DNA of 32,000 nt, taken from contig CP104013.1 in assembly GCA_025839675.1 (NCBI GenBank), positions 4,440,001 to 4,472,000 of the forward strand, read 5' to 3'. This DNA comes from Candidatus Lokiarchaeum ossiferum (GTDB lineage Archaea > Asgardarchaeota > Lokiarchaeia > Sigyniarchaeales > Promethearchaeaceae). Position 1 is the first letter of the stretch. The number at the start of each line of letters is the position of its first letter. The notes beneath the pieces were generated by a model that saw nothing but the letters and a program-made list of their open reading frames with translations, did not search any database and was not told the DNA's origin. Made by a program: the position numbers and the translations under genes. Below, in pieces: positions 18,244 through 26,009 of this stretch.

Positions 18244-18349
18244 GCCCCGATAGTGTAGTGGTCAGCATGAAGGACTGTCACTCCTTCGACTCGGATTCGA
18301 AAGTTGGCTGAATTTCTCATCCAATACGAAAATTCCGGTCGGGGCGCCA
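18244..18349 (+). tRNA. tRNA-Asp (anticodon GUC), intron-containing, with genomically encoded CCA
   Basis: Hand-folded cloverleaf. Acceptor GCCCCGA/TCGGGGC. D-arm GTGT-AGTGGTCA-GCAT. Anticodon arm AAGGA-CTGTCAC-TCCTT with GTC at 18277-18279, U33 and A37. Variable loop is 4 nt. T-stem TCGGA/TCCGG. Discriminator G is followed by CCA at 18347-18349. The T-loop is 38 nt rather than 7 because of an intron. Confidence 0.9.
18302..18332 (+). other. 31-nt tRNA intron at position 59/60 (T-loop) with a bulge-helix-bulge motif
   Basis: The T-stem (18291-95/18334-38) continues into a 4-bp helix, TTCG (18296-99) with CGAA (18327-30). That helix is flanked by 3-nt bulges AAA (18300-02) and AAT (18331-33), then an inner helix GTTGG/CCAAT (18303-07/18321-25) with one extra unpaired A at 18326. 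Cutting after the second bulge nucleotide on each strand yields the canonical T-loop TTCGAAT. Confidence 0.75.
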
Positions 18350-18362
18350 TTTTTCTTCTTCT
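18350..18362 (+). terminator. T-rich tract (TTTTTCTTCTTCT) immediately after the tRNA
   Basis: The oligo-T run starts directly after the encoded CCA. Archaeal RNA polymerase terminates at oligo-T tracts. Confidence 0.4.
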
Positions 18363-18417
18363 TATTGAATATCTAATTTTCTGCGACAATGTTTTAATTT
18401 TATTTCAAGAATTTCAC

Positions 18418-18449
18418 AAAAAAAATTTTGAATTGGTCATATTATGACC
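18418..18449 (-). terminator. Hairpin overlapping the stop codon of the 1098-aa gene, followed by a U-tract
   Basis: Reverse-strand RNA reads TGGTCAT-AAT-ATGACCA (7-bp perfect stem, 3-nt loop, containing the TAA stop), then ATTCAAAATTTTTTTG. My coordinates are good to about +/-1 nt. Confidence 0.35.
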
Positions 18450-21400
18450 ATTCAGATGGATGAAACCATTCAAATTGATTAATTCTGTTAGTTAAGAGAT
18501 AATACATCATATCTCCAAAAATATCTAATGAAACAGGTTTGCCATATAAATCGTTTAAAAATTGTTTATTAGATTCATCTTTTAAGTAATCAACCAGGTA
18601 TTTATTACTTGATTTCTCACAAACAGAGCCATTCCAACGGGATTTTTCTTTGTTATATAGAAGAGTTTTTGAACTCAGATTTCTCCTAACCAAATTTTCC
18701 CAAGATCGTATCATCATTAGATAAAAGAGTCGCATATCGATAACAATGGATTTTGGAATCCTTTTCATTTTTTTATCAGCATCTAATAAATATTTTTCAA
18801 AATTCCATTCAAATCGTTCCACATTATTTGTTTTTGGATTAACTCCATTACATATTTTGAGCCAATTGTATACTTGCCTCTTCTGCTCTAGATTCAATCC
18901 ATTTTCAATTTGAACATTTATTTCCATTTTTGATCGAGTTTCAATTACAACAGGCTGGTTTATTTGGGGGTTCCACCATGATAAAATAGATCCAAGATTT
19001 TGATCAATAAATGAATTCAGCTCTTGATCATAAACATCTAAATTTTGAATAACTTCAATGTAATCAACATCATTTTTCAATCGCTGAATCTGATTAAACA
19101 ATCTATATATTTCAGCGGTCATTAATGGATTTAATCGACCTTGAAATTTGGAATTAGGGACTGATATTCCAAAGTTTTCAAAGTTATCACATAATGCATA
19201 ATCTTGCCAAGCATCTTGAGATTTTACAATGGAGATTTTCGGTTGACATGCAAAGAAATTGCCCCAAGCAGATTGGATTTTTTCCATATGATATTCTCTT
19301 CCCGATGACGTTCCATCTCCTTCATCAAGATATTCTACCCAAATAAGGTATTTTCCTTGGGCGGATGCTCCAAGTTGCACTAATTCATCTGGTTTTATGA
19401 AAGTGCCCTGATTGCATCGATAAACTTTGAAATTTGGAGTTTGACAAATGGATTGCAACTTTCCTCTACCAAGGACAACATAATATTTATCACTACTTTT
19501 TGTAGGGTTGATCTTTCCTTGTTCATCCACTTTCAATTTGGAGATCATTCCAATTAATTCATGGTTATTTTGAAAATCTAACAATCTTTTGAATTTTTGG
19601 CCAGATGGCGTAAAAGTTGAAGAAATTTGTTTTTTGACAAAAATTGAATTGTCTTTTCCTTGATCTTTGAATTTTGCTGCAATTAATTCAATTGAATTTC
19701 CTATTTCATATTGATAAGAAAAAGCAGTAGGATCTTTGAAGAGATTCATGCGATAATATGATGGGGAATTTCCTCCAAAAAGGTGGATTGGTAGCTTTCT
19801 TTGTGTAAAGAGATTTTTTGAATGCTTGTAAATGAAATCATTGAAATGATCCACATTTTCAAATAACACACAATATCGATCCATCCCAAGCATCCTCAAG
19901 TAAAATTCTTGTAGGTACAAATTATATTCTGATTGTAGTTCAGTCCAAGTTCTCGAATATTTCTTACTTGCTCTTTCTGTTGATCCAGCATATATTTGTA
20001 CATTTTTATTCCCAGTCAGAAAATCAATTGCTGCAAATGAAGCTTTGTATATTTTTCTTTGAACTGATGAGTTGAGAGAAGTTGCCGTGATTTGATCACC
20101 GATCACATTTTTTCCTTCTTGGCATTCTATATTGTATATTCCTTGGAGTTTTTCTAGCCAATTAACTATAGATTCTTGCTTATTGGGATCCCGATTTTTG
20201 AATAATTTCAACCTATTAGATTTTTTACCTAAGAAATCATCTACTGACTCATAGGGAGAATTTTTCAATTTTGCTTTTAAAATGAATTTAGTGAAATCTA
20301 TTTTCTCCATAACTAACCAATTTGGAAAATCTTGGGAAATAGTGTGTTGCTGGAACCAGTTGTAAATGTTGCCTTTAAAAGATGGATATGAACGGTTATC
20401 GGTGATCTGTGAATTGTTTAACACTAATTTGTTCAATAAACTAACAAACAATTCAAATCCTTTACTGTGAACAACTTTCCTTTCTCCTAATGAATTTGTA
20501 AACACTAAATCTGAAAAACCGGCTGAGTGGACAATACCGCCTAAATATCGACAATATTTAAAAACAATCCATAAATTATCTCCCTTTATTCGTTCAGAGG
20601 GAGTTCCTACGATTTTTACAAAATTAAAGTGCTTCATAGAAACATTTTGATCCATTTTTTCAATTAAGTCATGAAATCTCATTGGAACATTGTGTCGATT
20701 ATACATTCTAGATGCATGCCCACCTGAGACCGTTTCAGCATTTCCACAAAGGCGTCCAGTTATACCAATCATTATTAATTCGGTCAAAGCTAAATTTGCT
20801 GCAACTATTTTTCTATATAGTTTATCCAATGAAGAATGATTTGAATCTCGATTTGTGTTTTCAAAGGCTATTTGAGGTATATATTCTTTATTTATTGCTT
20901 GAATATCTGAATTATTTGATCCACGGGATGGAAAGAAGTATTGTATTTTATCCAATTCTAGTAAAATATGAAGAGGTAAAATTAACTGATCATTGAATCG
21001 AATTATGAATTGTGGTGTGATGAAATCCATATTCTTAACTCTGATACCCGGGGTAACTCGCAAATCATTAAACGCTTTCACTGTTGAAATATCATATTTA
21101 ATCAATTGTGAAAGCAATTTTGGATACTTACCTCCAAATAATTCAAGATGTTTTTCATAAATTTGAGTTATATTGGATTCAAGTAACTTTCCTCGTTGAA
21201 TTTCGAGAATTAATTGTTCACAAATATGATTTGAATCCTCGCTCTCCATAAATAAAGTTTCTTCTAAGTGATCTTTGAGTGCTTTTTTTTTTTTAAATTT
21301 TATTTCCTTAGAAATTTTATTGCTTACATAGAAGCCAATTCCTGTGAAAGCAAATCCTCCGATTATTTTGAAATGTGGGTTTGAAATTCCACGAAGTTTG

Positions 21401-21738
21401 ATGCTTTTTTCTTTAATATTAGTTGGTATCTTCATTATTACTTTGTCCTTAATTTTTTTCACATTCTTTTTAACCCTAATAGGGATTTGATTTGTTAGAT
21501 TTGTCTCAATTATGAGTTTTATTTCATTTTCGCAGTTTTTAATAAACTTAGAAATGGCAATTTTTCCTACTTTATCTTCTTTTGAAAAACGATTGGAGAA
21601 AAAATCAATATCGTGTTCTTTGTCAGTTTTAGTTAAAGGATTAAGCCAGTTAATGACAAATTTTCTTGCATTTTCACCTAAATTATTTATATTAACTTTT
21701 TGAAAGGCTTTAGTTATTTTTTTTCTTGTTATTTTCAT
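18442..21738 (-). CDS. Large orphan protein (1098 aa), function unknown
   Basis: A 3.3-kb uninterrupted ORF in about 30% GC DNA cannot be chance. Lys-rich N-terminal about 120 aa, then a Gly/Phe-rich hydrophobic segment (KIIGGFAFTGIGFYV, residues 124-138). The remaining about 950 aa show no P-loop, CxxC pairs, DEAD/DExH, HNH, DxDGD, YxDD or methyltransferase motif that I can recognise. It has its own AT-rich upstream region (262 nt) and a terminator-like hairpin. Confidence 0.8.
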   Translation of the reverse strand: MKITRKKITKAFQKVNINNLGENARKFVINWLNPLTKTDKEHDIDFFSNRFSKEDKVGKIAISKFIKNCENEIKLIIETNLTNQIPIRVKKNVKKIKDKVIMKIPTNIKEKSIKLRGISNPHFKIIGGFAFTGIGFYVSNKISKEIKFKKKKALKDHLEETLFMESEDSNHICEQLILEIQRGKLLESNITQIYEKHLELFGGKYPKLLSQLIKYDISTVKAFNDLRVTPGIRVKNMDFITPQFIIRFNDQLILPLHILLELDKIQYFFPSRGSNNSDIQAINKEYIPQIAFENTNRDSNHSSLDKLYRKIVAANLALTELIMIGITGRLCGNAETVSGGHASRMYNRHNVPMRFHDLIEKMDQNVSMKHFNFVKIVGTPSERIKGDNLWIVFKYCRYLGGIVHSAGFSDLVFTNSLGERKVVHSKGFELFVSLLNKLVLNNSQITDNRSYPSFKGNIYNWFQQHTISQDFPNWLVMEKIDFTKFILKAKLKNSPYESVDDFLGKKSNRLKLFKNRDPNKQESIVNWLEKLQGIYNIECQEGKNVIGDQITATSLNSSVQRKIYKASFAAIDFLTGNKNVQIYAGSTERASKKYSRTWTELQSEYNLYLQEFYLRMLGMDRYCVLFENVDHFNDFIYKHSKNLFTQRKLPIHLFGGNSPSYYRMNLFKDPTAFSYQYEIGNSIELIAAKFKDQGKDNSIFVKKQISSTFTPSGQKFKRLLDFQNNHELIGMISKLKVDEQGKINPTKSSDKYYVVLGRGKLQSICQTPNFKVYRCNQGTFIKPDELVQLGASAQGKYLIWVEYLDEGDGTSSGREYHMEKIQSAWGNFFACQPKISIVKSQDAWQDYALCDNFENFGISVPNSKFQGRLNPLMTAEIYRLFNQIQRLKNDVDYIEVIQNLDVYDQELNSFIDQNLGSILSWWNPQINQPVVIETRSKMEINVQIENGLNLEQKRQVYNWLKICNGVNPKTNNVERFEWNFEKYLLDADKKMKRIPKSIVIDMRLFYLMMIRSWENLVRRNLSSKTLLYNKEKSRWNGSVCEKSSNKYLVDYLKDESNKQFLNDLYGKPVSLDIFGDMMYYLLTNRINQFEWFHPSEWS

Positions 21739-21759
21739 TTAAGATCATTCCATATCGAG

Positions 21760-21774
21760 TTTTTAAATTTTAAA
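21760..21774 (-). promoter_or_regulatory. TATA-like element (reverse strand TTTAAAATTTAAAAA) upstream of the 1098-aa gene
   Basis: It lies 22-36 nt upstream of the ATG at 21738. It sits in generally AT-rich DNA, so specificity is low. Confidence 0.25.
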
Positions 21775-22000
21775 CTCTAACTATGGATTTCACTTAGTTA
21801 ATACCTTTAAATAGAAAATACTAAAAATGATTTTTGATTGAGTGAAAGAACATAGGGAAAAAAAAGGAAAACTTATTCTTAAAATCTTTAATAAACCATT
21901 GTCTAAGGTTATTTTTTATAGTAAGGCACTTTGCTCATACATTAAATTAAGAAAACCAATTCAAAGGGCAGATTAAGTAAAAAATATAAAAAACGGATGA

Positions 22001-24148
22001 TTAATGCTTCTTCATTCTTTGAATTTTTTTAGCTAAATCCACAAGTTCGAAGGGTTTAACCATGACTCCCAAATCGTAGTGATCTTTAGGAGGTATGTCT
22101 TGTTCAGAATAACCCGTGATAAATAAAATTGGTTGCTTTGGATTGATTTTTTTAATCTCTCGATATATATCAATACCATTCATTCCAGGAAGATTTATAT
22201 CGAGAATCACTAAATCGAATTGCTGGGGGAAGGATTTATATAATTTCAATCCTTTTAGGCCTAAACCTTCGGAGTACATTGTAGCACGACATTTTCTTAA
22301 GAATTTTTGGATGGAATTCTTTACCATCTCTTCATCTTCGATTAATAGAAGTGTAAGATCGTGAAAATCAAAGAACAAAGGTTCATCTAAAGTAATAGCT
22401 TGAGATTGGTTTAATTGTGAATGAAATTGACGATTTAGTATTGGAAATGTGAGTGTGAAGGTCGTTCCTTGATTTTCTTTGCTCGTTACTGAAATATTTC
22501 CATCCATCGATTCCATTGAGCTATATACAATGGTAAGCCCTAATCCTGCCCCTTGCCTTGTTTTTTCTTTTGTACTAAAGAATGGATCGAAGATTTTGTC
22601 TTGAATTTCTAGTGGGATACCCATGCCCGTATCCGAAACCTGAATTTCTAAATCGAATTGGGAATCATAAATTTTTGAAGATGGGATATGTAGTTGGTTG
22701 GTTGTTATCCGTTCTGGCGTAGATGGTGTTTTTTTAGGAGCCAATCGACTAGTTACTTGAATTAATCCAGAATTATTTCCAATAGCATCACGAGCATTTA
22801 TCCATAGATTTAGAAAAATCTGATTAAATCGGGAATGATCACCTAACAGATAGATCTCTTCTTCAACAAGTTGAGTTTCCATTGTAATTCTGCGATCTAT
22901 CATTTTTCGGAATCCTTTGAGCAAATCGTCAATCGCAATGTTCGCGTTAATTAGTTTTAGTTCGACAGATGGAGATCTGGAGAATTGGGTGATCTGATTG
23001 ATAATTTTACCTGAATTTTTTATTAGGGATTGAATCTCTTGTAGATCCTCATCGATTTCAAGCAAAGTATCTTGTCTAGATTTCACCAATCCTTCCTTAA
23101 GATCTTTTAAATTCATATCGATTAAAGATACATTTCCTTGAATACCTGCCAAGAGATTATTAAAATCATGGGCCATACCTCCTGCAAGAGTTCCTAAACT
23201 TTCCATTTTTTGTTGCAAGTGCAATTTTTGCATGAGTTCTGCCTTTTCTATAGATGATATGTGAAGAAGGTTGTTTCGATTTATTAGAGATTGTACTAAT
23301 ATCGCCACGACAGCAGCAAGGGTGAATCCTAAAATTAGCGTTGAGCTATTATTCCAAATTGATAATTCTGCAATTAATTGAGCTAATGGGCGTAAAGCAA
23401 TGAGTATTTCAAATGAATCTAAAATGTTTAGTTCTTTGGAAACTGCATAAGGATCACCTTGGGTAAAATTTTCTCCTTGTTGGTAGATTGGTTGGTTGTT
23501 AAAACTAATACTAACGGAATATTGATCAATTCCCACAAAGCCATATTCTGGACGAAGGATTTCCCCACATAAAACACTGAGTTCGAAGACTCCATTTAAG
23601 TATCCTGTTAATGTTGAATTTACTATAAGAGGAATTATTGTTATAAATCCATATCCGCCCTGGTACAAAGTAAAAACGCCCATTGTCCCCATTTTTCCGG
23701 TTTCTTGCGCATCTTTAAATGCGATATTTAAATCACCATTAGCGATATAGATTATGGATTTATTTAAGGCTCCAATATTGTCTTCATATGGATAAATCCA
23801 CCGGATCGTTCCATTAACATCTATCCAATTGATGGCTCTAAATCCAAGTGTAAAATTAAAATATCGGGGGATTTCTGATTCGAAACGGGTCGGTGAATAA
23901 CAATCTTCAATATTATCAACTTTGATCCACGAATCTCTTAACAACATTAAAATATCGACTCGTTTTTCAATTTCACTGTGAATCGCAACGCTGACTTGAG
24001 AAATCATCACTTCAGTTTTTTCATTCTGATGAAATTTCAAATCGTTTATGTCTCTAATGGTTAAATAACTGGAAAAACTTAAAATTAATCCTATCGAAAT
24101 TACCGAAGCATATTTTATAATTTGCTTTTTAAACACAGAATCAGACAT
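22001..24148 (-). CDS. Hybrid sensor histidine kinase: TM - extracytoplasmic Cache-like sensor domain - TM - HisKA - HATPase_c - C-terminal receiver
   Basis: 715 aa. TM1 is at residues about 13-31 and TM2 (TLILGFTLAAVVAILVQSLI) at about 266-290. H-box LAGGMAHDFNNLL. ATPase N/G boxes NLWINARDA, DTGMGIP, GAGLGLTIV. Receiver: LLLIEDEE...DLVILDINLPGMNG...KP. Confidence 0.9.
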   Translation of the reverse strand: MSDSVFKKQIIKYASVISIGLILSFSSYLTIRDINDLKFHQNEKTEVMISQVSVAIHSEIEKRVDILMLLRDSWIKVDNIEDCYSPTRFESEIPRYFNFTLGFRAINWIDVNGTIRWIYPYEDNIGALNKSIIYIANGDLNIAFKDAQETGKMGTMGVFTLYQGGYGFITIIPLIVNSTLTGYLNGVFELSVLCGEILRPEYGFVGIDQYSVSISFNNQPIYQQGENFTQGDPYAVSKELNILDSFEILIALRPLAQLIAELSIWNNSSTLILGFTLAAVVAILVQSLINRNNLLHISSIEKAELMQKLHLQQKMESLGTLAGGMAHDFNNLLAGIQGNVSLIDMNLKDLKEGLVKSRQDTLLEIDEDLQEIQSLIKNSGKIINQITQFSRSPSVELKLINANIAIDDLLKGFRKMIDRRITMETQLVEEEIYLLGDHSRFNQIFLNLWINARDAIGNNSGLIQVTSRLAPKKTPSTPERITTNQLHIPSSKIYDSQFDLEIQVSDTGMGIPLEIQDKIFDPFFSTKEKTRQGAGLGLTIVYSSMESMDGNISVTSKENQGTTFTLTFPILNRQFHSQLNQSQAITLDEPLFFDFHDLTLLLIEDEEMVKNSIQKFLRKCRATMYSEGLGLKGLKLYKSFPQQFDLVILDINLPGMNGIDIYREIKKINPKQPILFITGYSEQDIPPKDHYDLGVMVKPFELVDLAKKIQRMKKH

Positions 24149-24297
24149 GAATTAATTTCAAACAACAGTTTCCTCCTCAATTATTTTTAGTTTTAGTAAA
24201 TTTTCAAGATTTTACTGGAAATATTTCAAATGTCAGACTATAGTTAAAGAGGGGCTTTGGAAGAATATGATTTTAAAAAAAAGATATGCAAATTAGA

Positions 24298-24582
24298 TTA
24301 TACTTGAGCCATAGTGATCAAAGATTGATTTTTTTGAGCTACTTCTTTCAATTTATTGATTACAGTTCCAATGTTTGTTGTTTTTGTTCTTTCCAATCGT
24401 TTTTTTAATGGATCCTCTATTACTTTTATCCATTCATTGAATTTTAAGGTATCGGGATTTTTATCCCCTAATAAATCTTTTACTGAGAGTTTCAAAAGAG
24501 CCCGGTTCAGAATTTGCGTTTTTTTGGTAAATTCAATTAAAGTATCTGCAAGAATGTTCAGGAATTCACTCACTGTCTCCAT
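24298..24582 (-). CDS. Small all-helical hypothetical protein, translationally coupled to the upstream 7TM gene
   Basis: 94 aa with no recognisable motif. Its start overlaps the 3' end of the 7TM gene by 17 nt (24566-24582). Confidence 0.45.
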   Translation of the reverse strand: METVSEFLNILADTLIEFTKKTQILNRALLKLSVKDLLGDKNPDTLKFNEWIKVIEDPLKKRLERTKTTNIGTVINKLKEVAQKNQSLITMAQV

Positions 24583-25342
24583 CCTCCATAAATTTAGCCA
24601 TCAGTTCTTCCTCGCTTAGTTCTTCTTCTGAAGATAATTCCTCTACTTTGGGACTCCACCCTTGATTTAGTTTTTCTTTGAATGATTTGGGCATGACCCA
24701 AATTAAGAAATTGATCATTAGATAGATCAAACTTGACAGAGAGACACCTAGGAATAGAATTGCCGTCCCAACACTATCATAGACTAAAAATATGAAGAAG
24801 CTAAACGCTCCTGTATAGAAAAGAGCGATTGAAGCCACTAAATAGAGTTTGTACCTCTTTTTGATATAGGGTTCAAGTTCAACCTCTTTTATTTTGCGAT
24901 AAGCCTCACGGGCAGTGTAATATTGCCATGAACTAATAATCATCGTTAATAATCCAAATAAAATATCGGACATGGCCCTAAAGAAGGCCGAACCATTCGA
25001 TTCATAAATACCATAAGATATACAGATCAAAATGGTTGACAAGAGTGCGTAACTTAAGTAATACGTGGTCCATTTTTTATTTCCCTTTAAGAACGTCATG
25101 TAATTAAAAATGAGTAACCACGAAATCCCAACCGCTCTAAAAAAGTGATAGATTAGAGTTCCTCCTCCATTTGCTAAGTAGAAAACGAAACAAATGTCAA
25201 TAAAAATAAGCGATATCGCTAAATGAAGTAAGGAAGTCAATCCCGTTTTCTTAGCCCGATAAATAAGATATCCCGCAATTCCAGCGTATAAGGCCATATT
25301 AAAGCCCATCGAAATATATAAGATCAGTAAATAAAATTCCAT
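24566..25342 (-). CDS. Seven-transmembrane protein with an acidic cytoplasmic tail; function unknown
   Basis: 258 aa. Seven hydrophobic helices by eye, starting at residues about 3, 37, 63, 93, 119, 165 and 193. The tail reads EELSSEEELSEEELMAKFMEDGDSE. There is no retinal-binding Lys context that I recognise. Confidence 0.6.
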   Translation of the reverse strand: MEFYLLILYISMGFNMALYAGIAGYLIYRAKKTGLTSLLHLAISLIFIDICFVFYLANGGGTLIYHFFRAVGISWLLIFNYMTFLKGNKKWTTYYLSYALLSTILICISYGIYESNGSAFFRAMSDILFGLLTMIISSWQYYTAREAYRKIKEVELEPYIKKRYKLYLVASIALFYTGAFSFFIFLVYDSVGTAILFLGVSLSSLIYLMINFLIWVMPKSFKEKLNQGWSPKVEELSSEEELSEEELMAKFMEDGDSE

Positions 25343-25479
25343 AAAAATCTCCTAAAAAATGTAATCGTTTTGATCCTATAAATCTCGGTTTAAATCAGTT
25401 TTCCACATTTTTTGAAAAAAATCCCAATAAAAAATGCTAATTCAGAGCTTTTCATATTCTACCTCAAACTGTACTTCAT

Positions 25480-25974
25480 ATGACTAACCCGATAAAGGAC
25501 AGCCATGTTGGCGCTCTCGCAATTTCTCGCAGATATCGAGATTCTAACCCTGATATTGATCTTAAACTGAGCTCATTTTCTTTAGATTTGGAGGATGCTA
25601 CGAGGGATGAATTATCGGTTTTACAACAGCTTCCAGTTTCGATTGAAATGAAGCTAGCCTTGAAATTATTTCGTCATCCATACATTCTGGATGAAATTTC
25701 TGAAGAAGGTGAATTAATCACTGATGAGATCATGATTTCAGATTTCAGTCAGGAAGTGCAAGGTAAAGCAGTATTAATGCATCATTGGCACTCTATCAAG
25801 GATGCTGTTATATGGGGATCATATCTTGATAGAGGATGTGGGTGGCAATATGAAGAACATTCTTTCTCTGAGGATGTGATGCAGGTGTGTTTGGTGAATA
25901 TAGATGACTCTCCGGAAGAGTGGAATATTTTATCCTTTTGGGTAGTTGAAAAAAGTTCGATTTTGCTTGAATAA
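25480..25974 (+). CDS. Acidic hypothetical protein
   Basis: 164 aa with no recognisable motif. It lies 35 nt upstream of, and co-directional with, the metallophosphoesterase gene. Confidence 0.45.
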   Translation: MTNPIKDSHVGALAISRRYRDSNPDIDLKLSSFSLDLEDATRDELSVLQQLPVSIEMKLALKLFRHPYILDEISEEGELITDEIMISDFSQEVQGKAVLMHHWHSIKDAVIWGSYLDRGCGWQYEEHSFSEDVMQVCLVNIDDSPEEWNILSFWVVEKSSILLE

Positions 25975-26009
25975 TATTTTTTATAATTTTCGACAGAAAG
26001 AGGATACTG

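Noticed and set aside
18147-18389. 80-aa reverse-strand ORF from the track
   Set aside because: It lies exactly antisense to the tRNA-Asp gene and its intron. Its sequence (…APRPEFSYWMRNSANFRIRVEG…) is simply the reverse translation of tRNA stems, and its start codon is TTG. I treat it as an artefact.
18441-18481. Apparent 1-nt mismatch between my hand reading of the printed sequence and the ORF track. I read the stop codon of the large ORF at 18441-18443 and a possible in-frame TAA at 18478-18480, which would cut off the last 12 codons (NQFEWFHPSEWS).
   Set aside because: The track is computed from the sequence and is internally consistent in length (3297 nt). All frames I checked at 18481-18660, 19290 and 21738 agree with it. 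The most likely explanation is my own miscount in the A/T runs of lines 18361-18421. It should be confirmed computationally. If it is real, the ORF would end 36 nt earlier, with no effect on the conclusions.
18517-18573. K-x3-N-x2-Y-G (KQFLNDLYG, residues 1058-1066) resembling family-B DNA polymerase motif B
   Set aside because: It lies about 32 residues from the C-terminus, leaving no room for motif C (YxDTD). No exonuclease motifs or motif A are seen upstream. I treat it as coincidental.
20098-20142. GIY-x9-VIG string (LQGIYNIECQEGKNVIGDQ, residues 533-547) resembling the GIY-YIG nuclease signature
   Set aside because: The spacing is one residue short of the usual. The second motif lacks Tyr, and the expected downstream Arg (about +10) and Glu (about +48 from the Arg) do not line up convincingly. 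A chance GIY tripeptide is not improbable in 1098 aa. It is only worth testing by profile or structure comparison.
18442-21738. Idea that the 1098-aa protein is a Cas13-like or other HEPN RNase, or a class 2 CRISPR effector. It contains two R-x4-H strings: RMYNRH (residues 344-349) and RKLPIH (residues 647-652).
   Set aside because: About one R-x4-H is expected by chance in a protein this size. Neither string has the usual RN/RH context. There is no CRISPR array, repeat or cas gene anywhere in the window, and no RuvC or zinc-ribbon motifs. An HMM or structure search could revisit this.
13088-21738. Compositional shift as evidence of horizontal acquisition. My hand counts per 60-nt line were 27-29 G+C at 13141, 14281 and 15001, against 16-17 at 18901, 20221 and 20401.
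   Set aside because: Other conserved enzyme genes in the window are equally GC-enriched (26/60 at lines 181, 4141 and 28801). Other lineage-specific genes are equally AT-rich (17/60 in the LRR region at 5221, 15/60 at 9721). The contrast tracks conserved versus lineage-specific coding sequence rather than a discrete island. A proper sliding-window GC and codon-usage computation would be needed.
16994-22000. Integrated mobile element or provirus inserted at the tRNA-Asp gene
   Set aside because: No integrase, recombinase or transposase gene is present. I found no direct repeat of the tRNA 3' segment (…TTCCGGTCGGGGCGCCA) elsewhere in the window, nor terminal inverted repeats flanking the large ORF. 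The locus may still be variable, but a bounded element is not supported.
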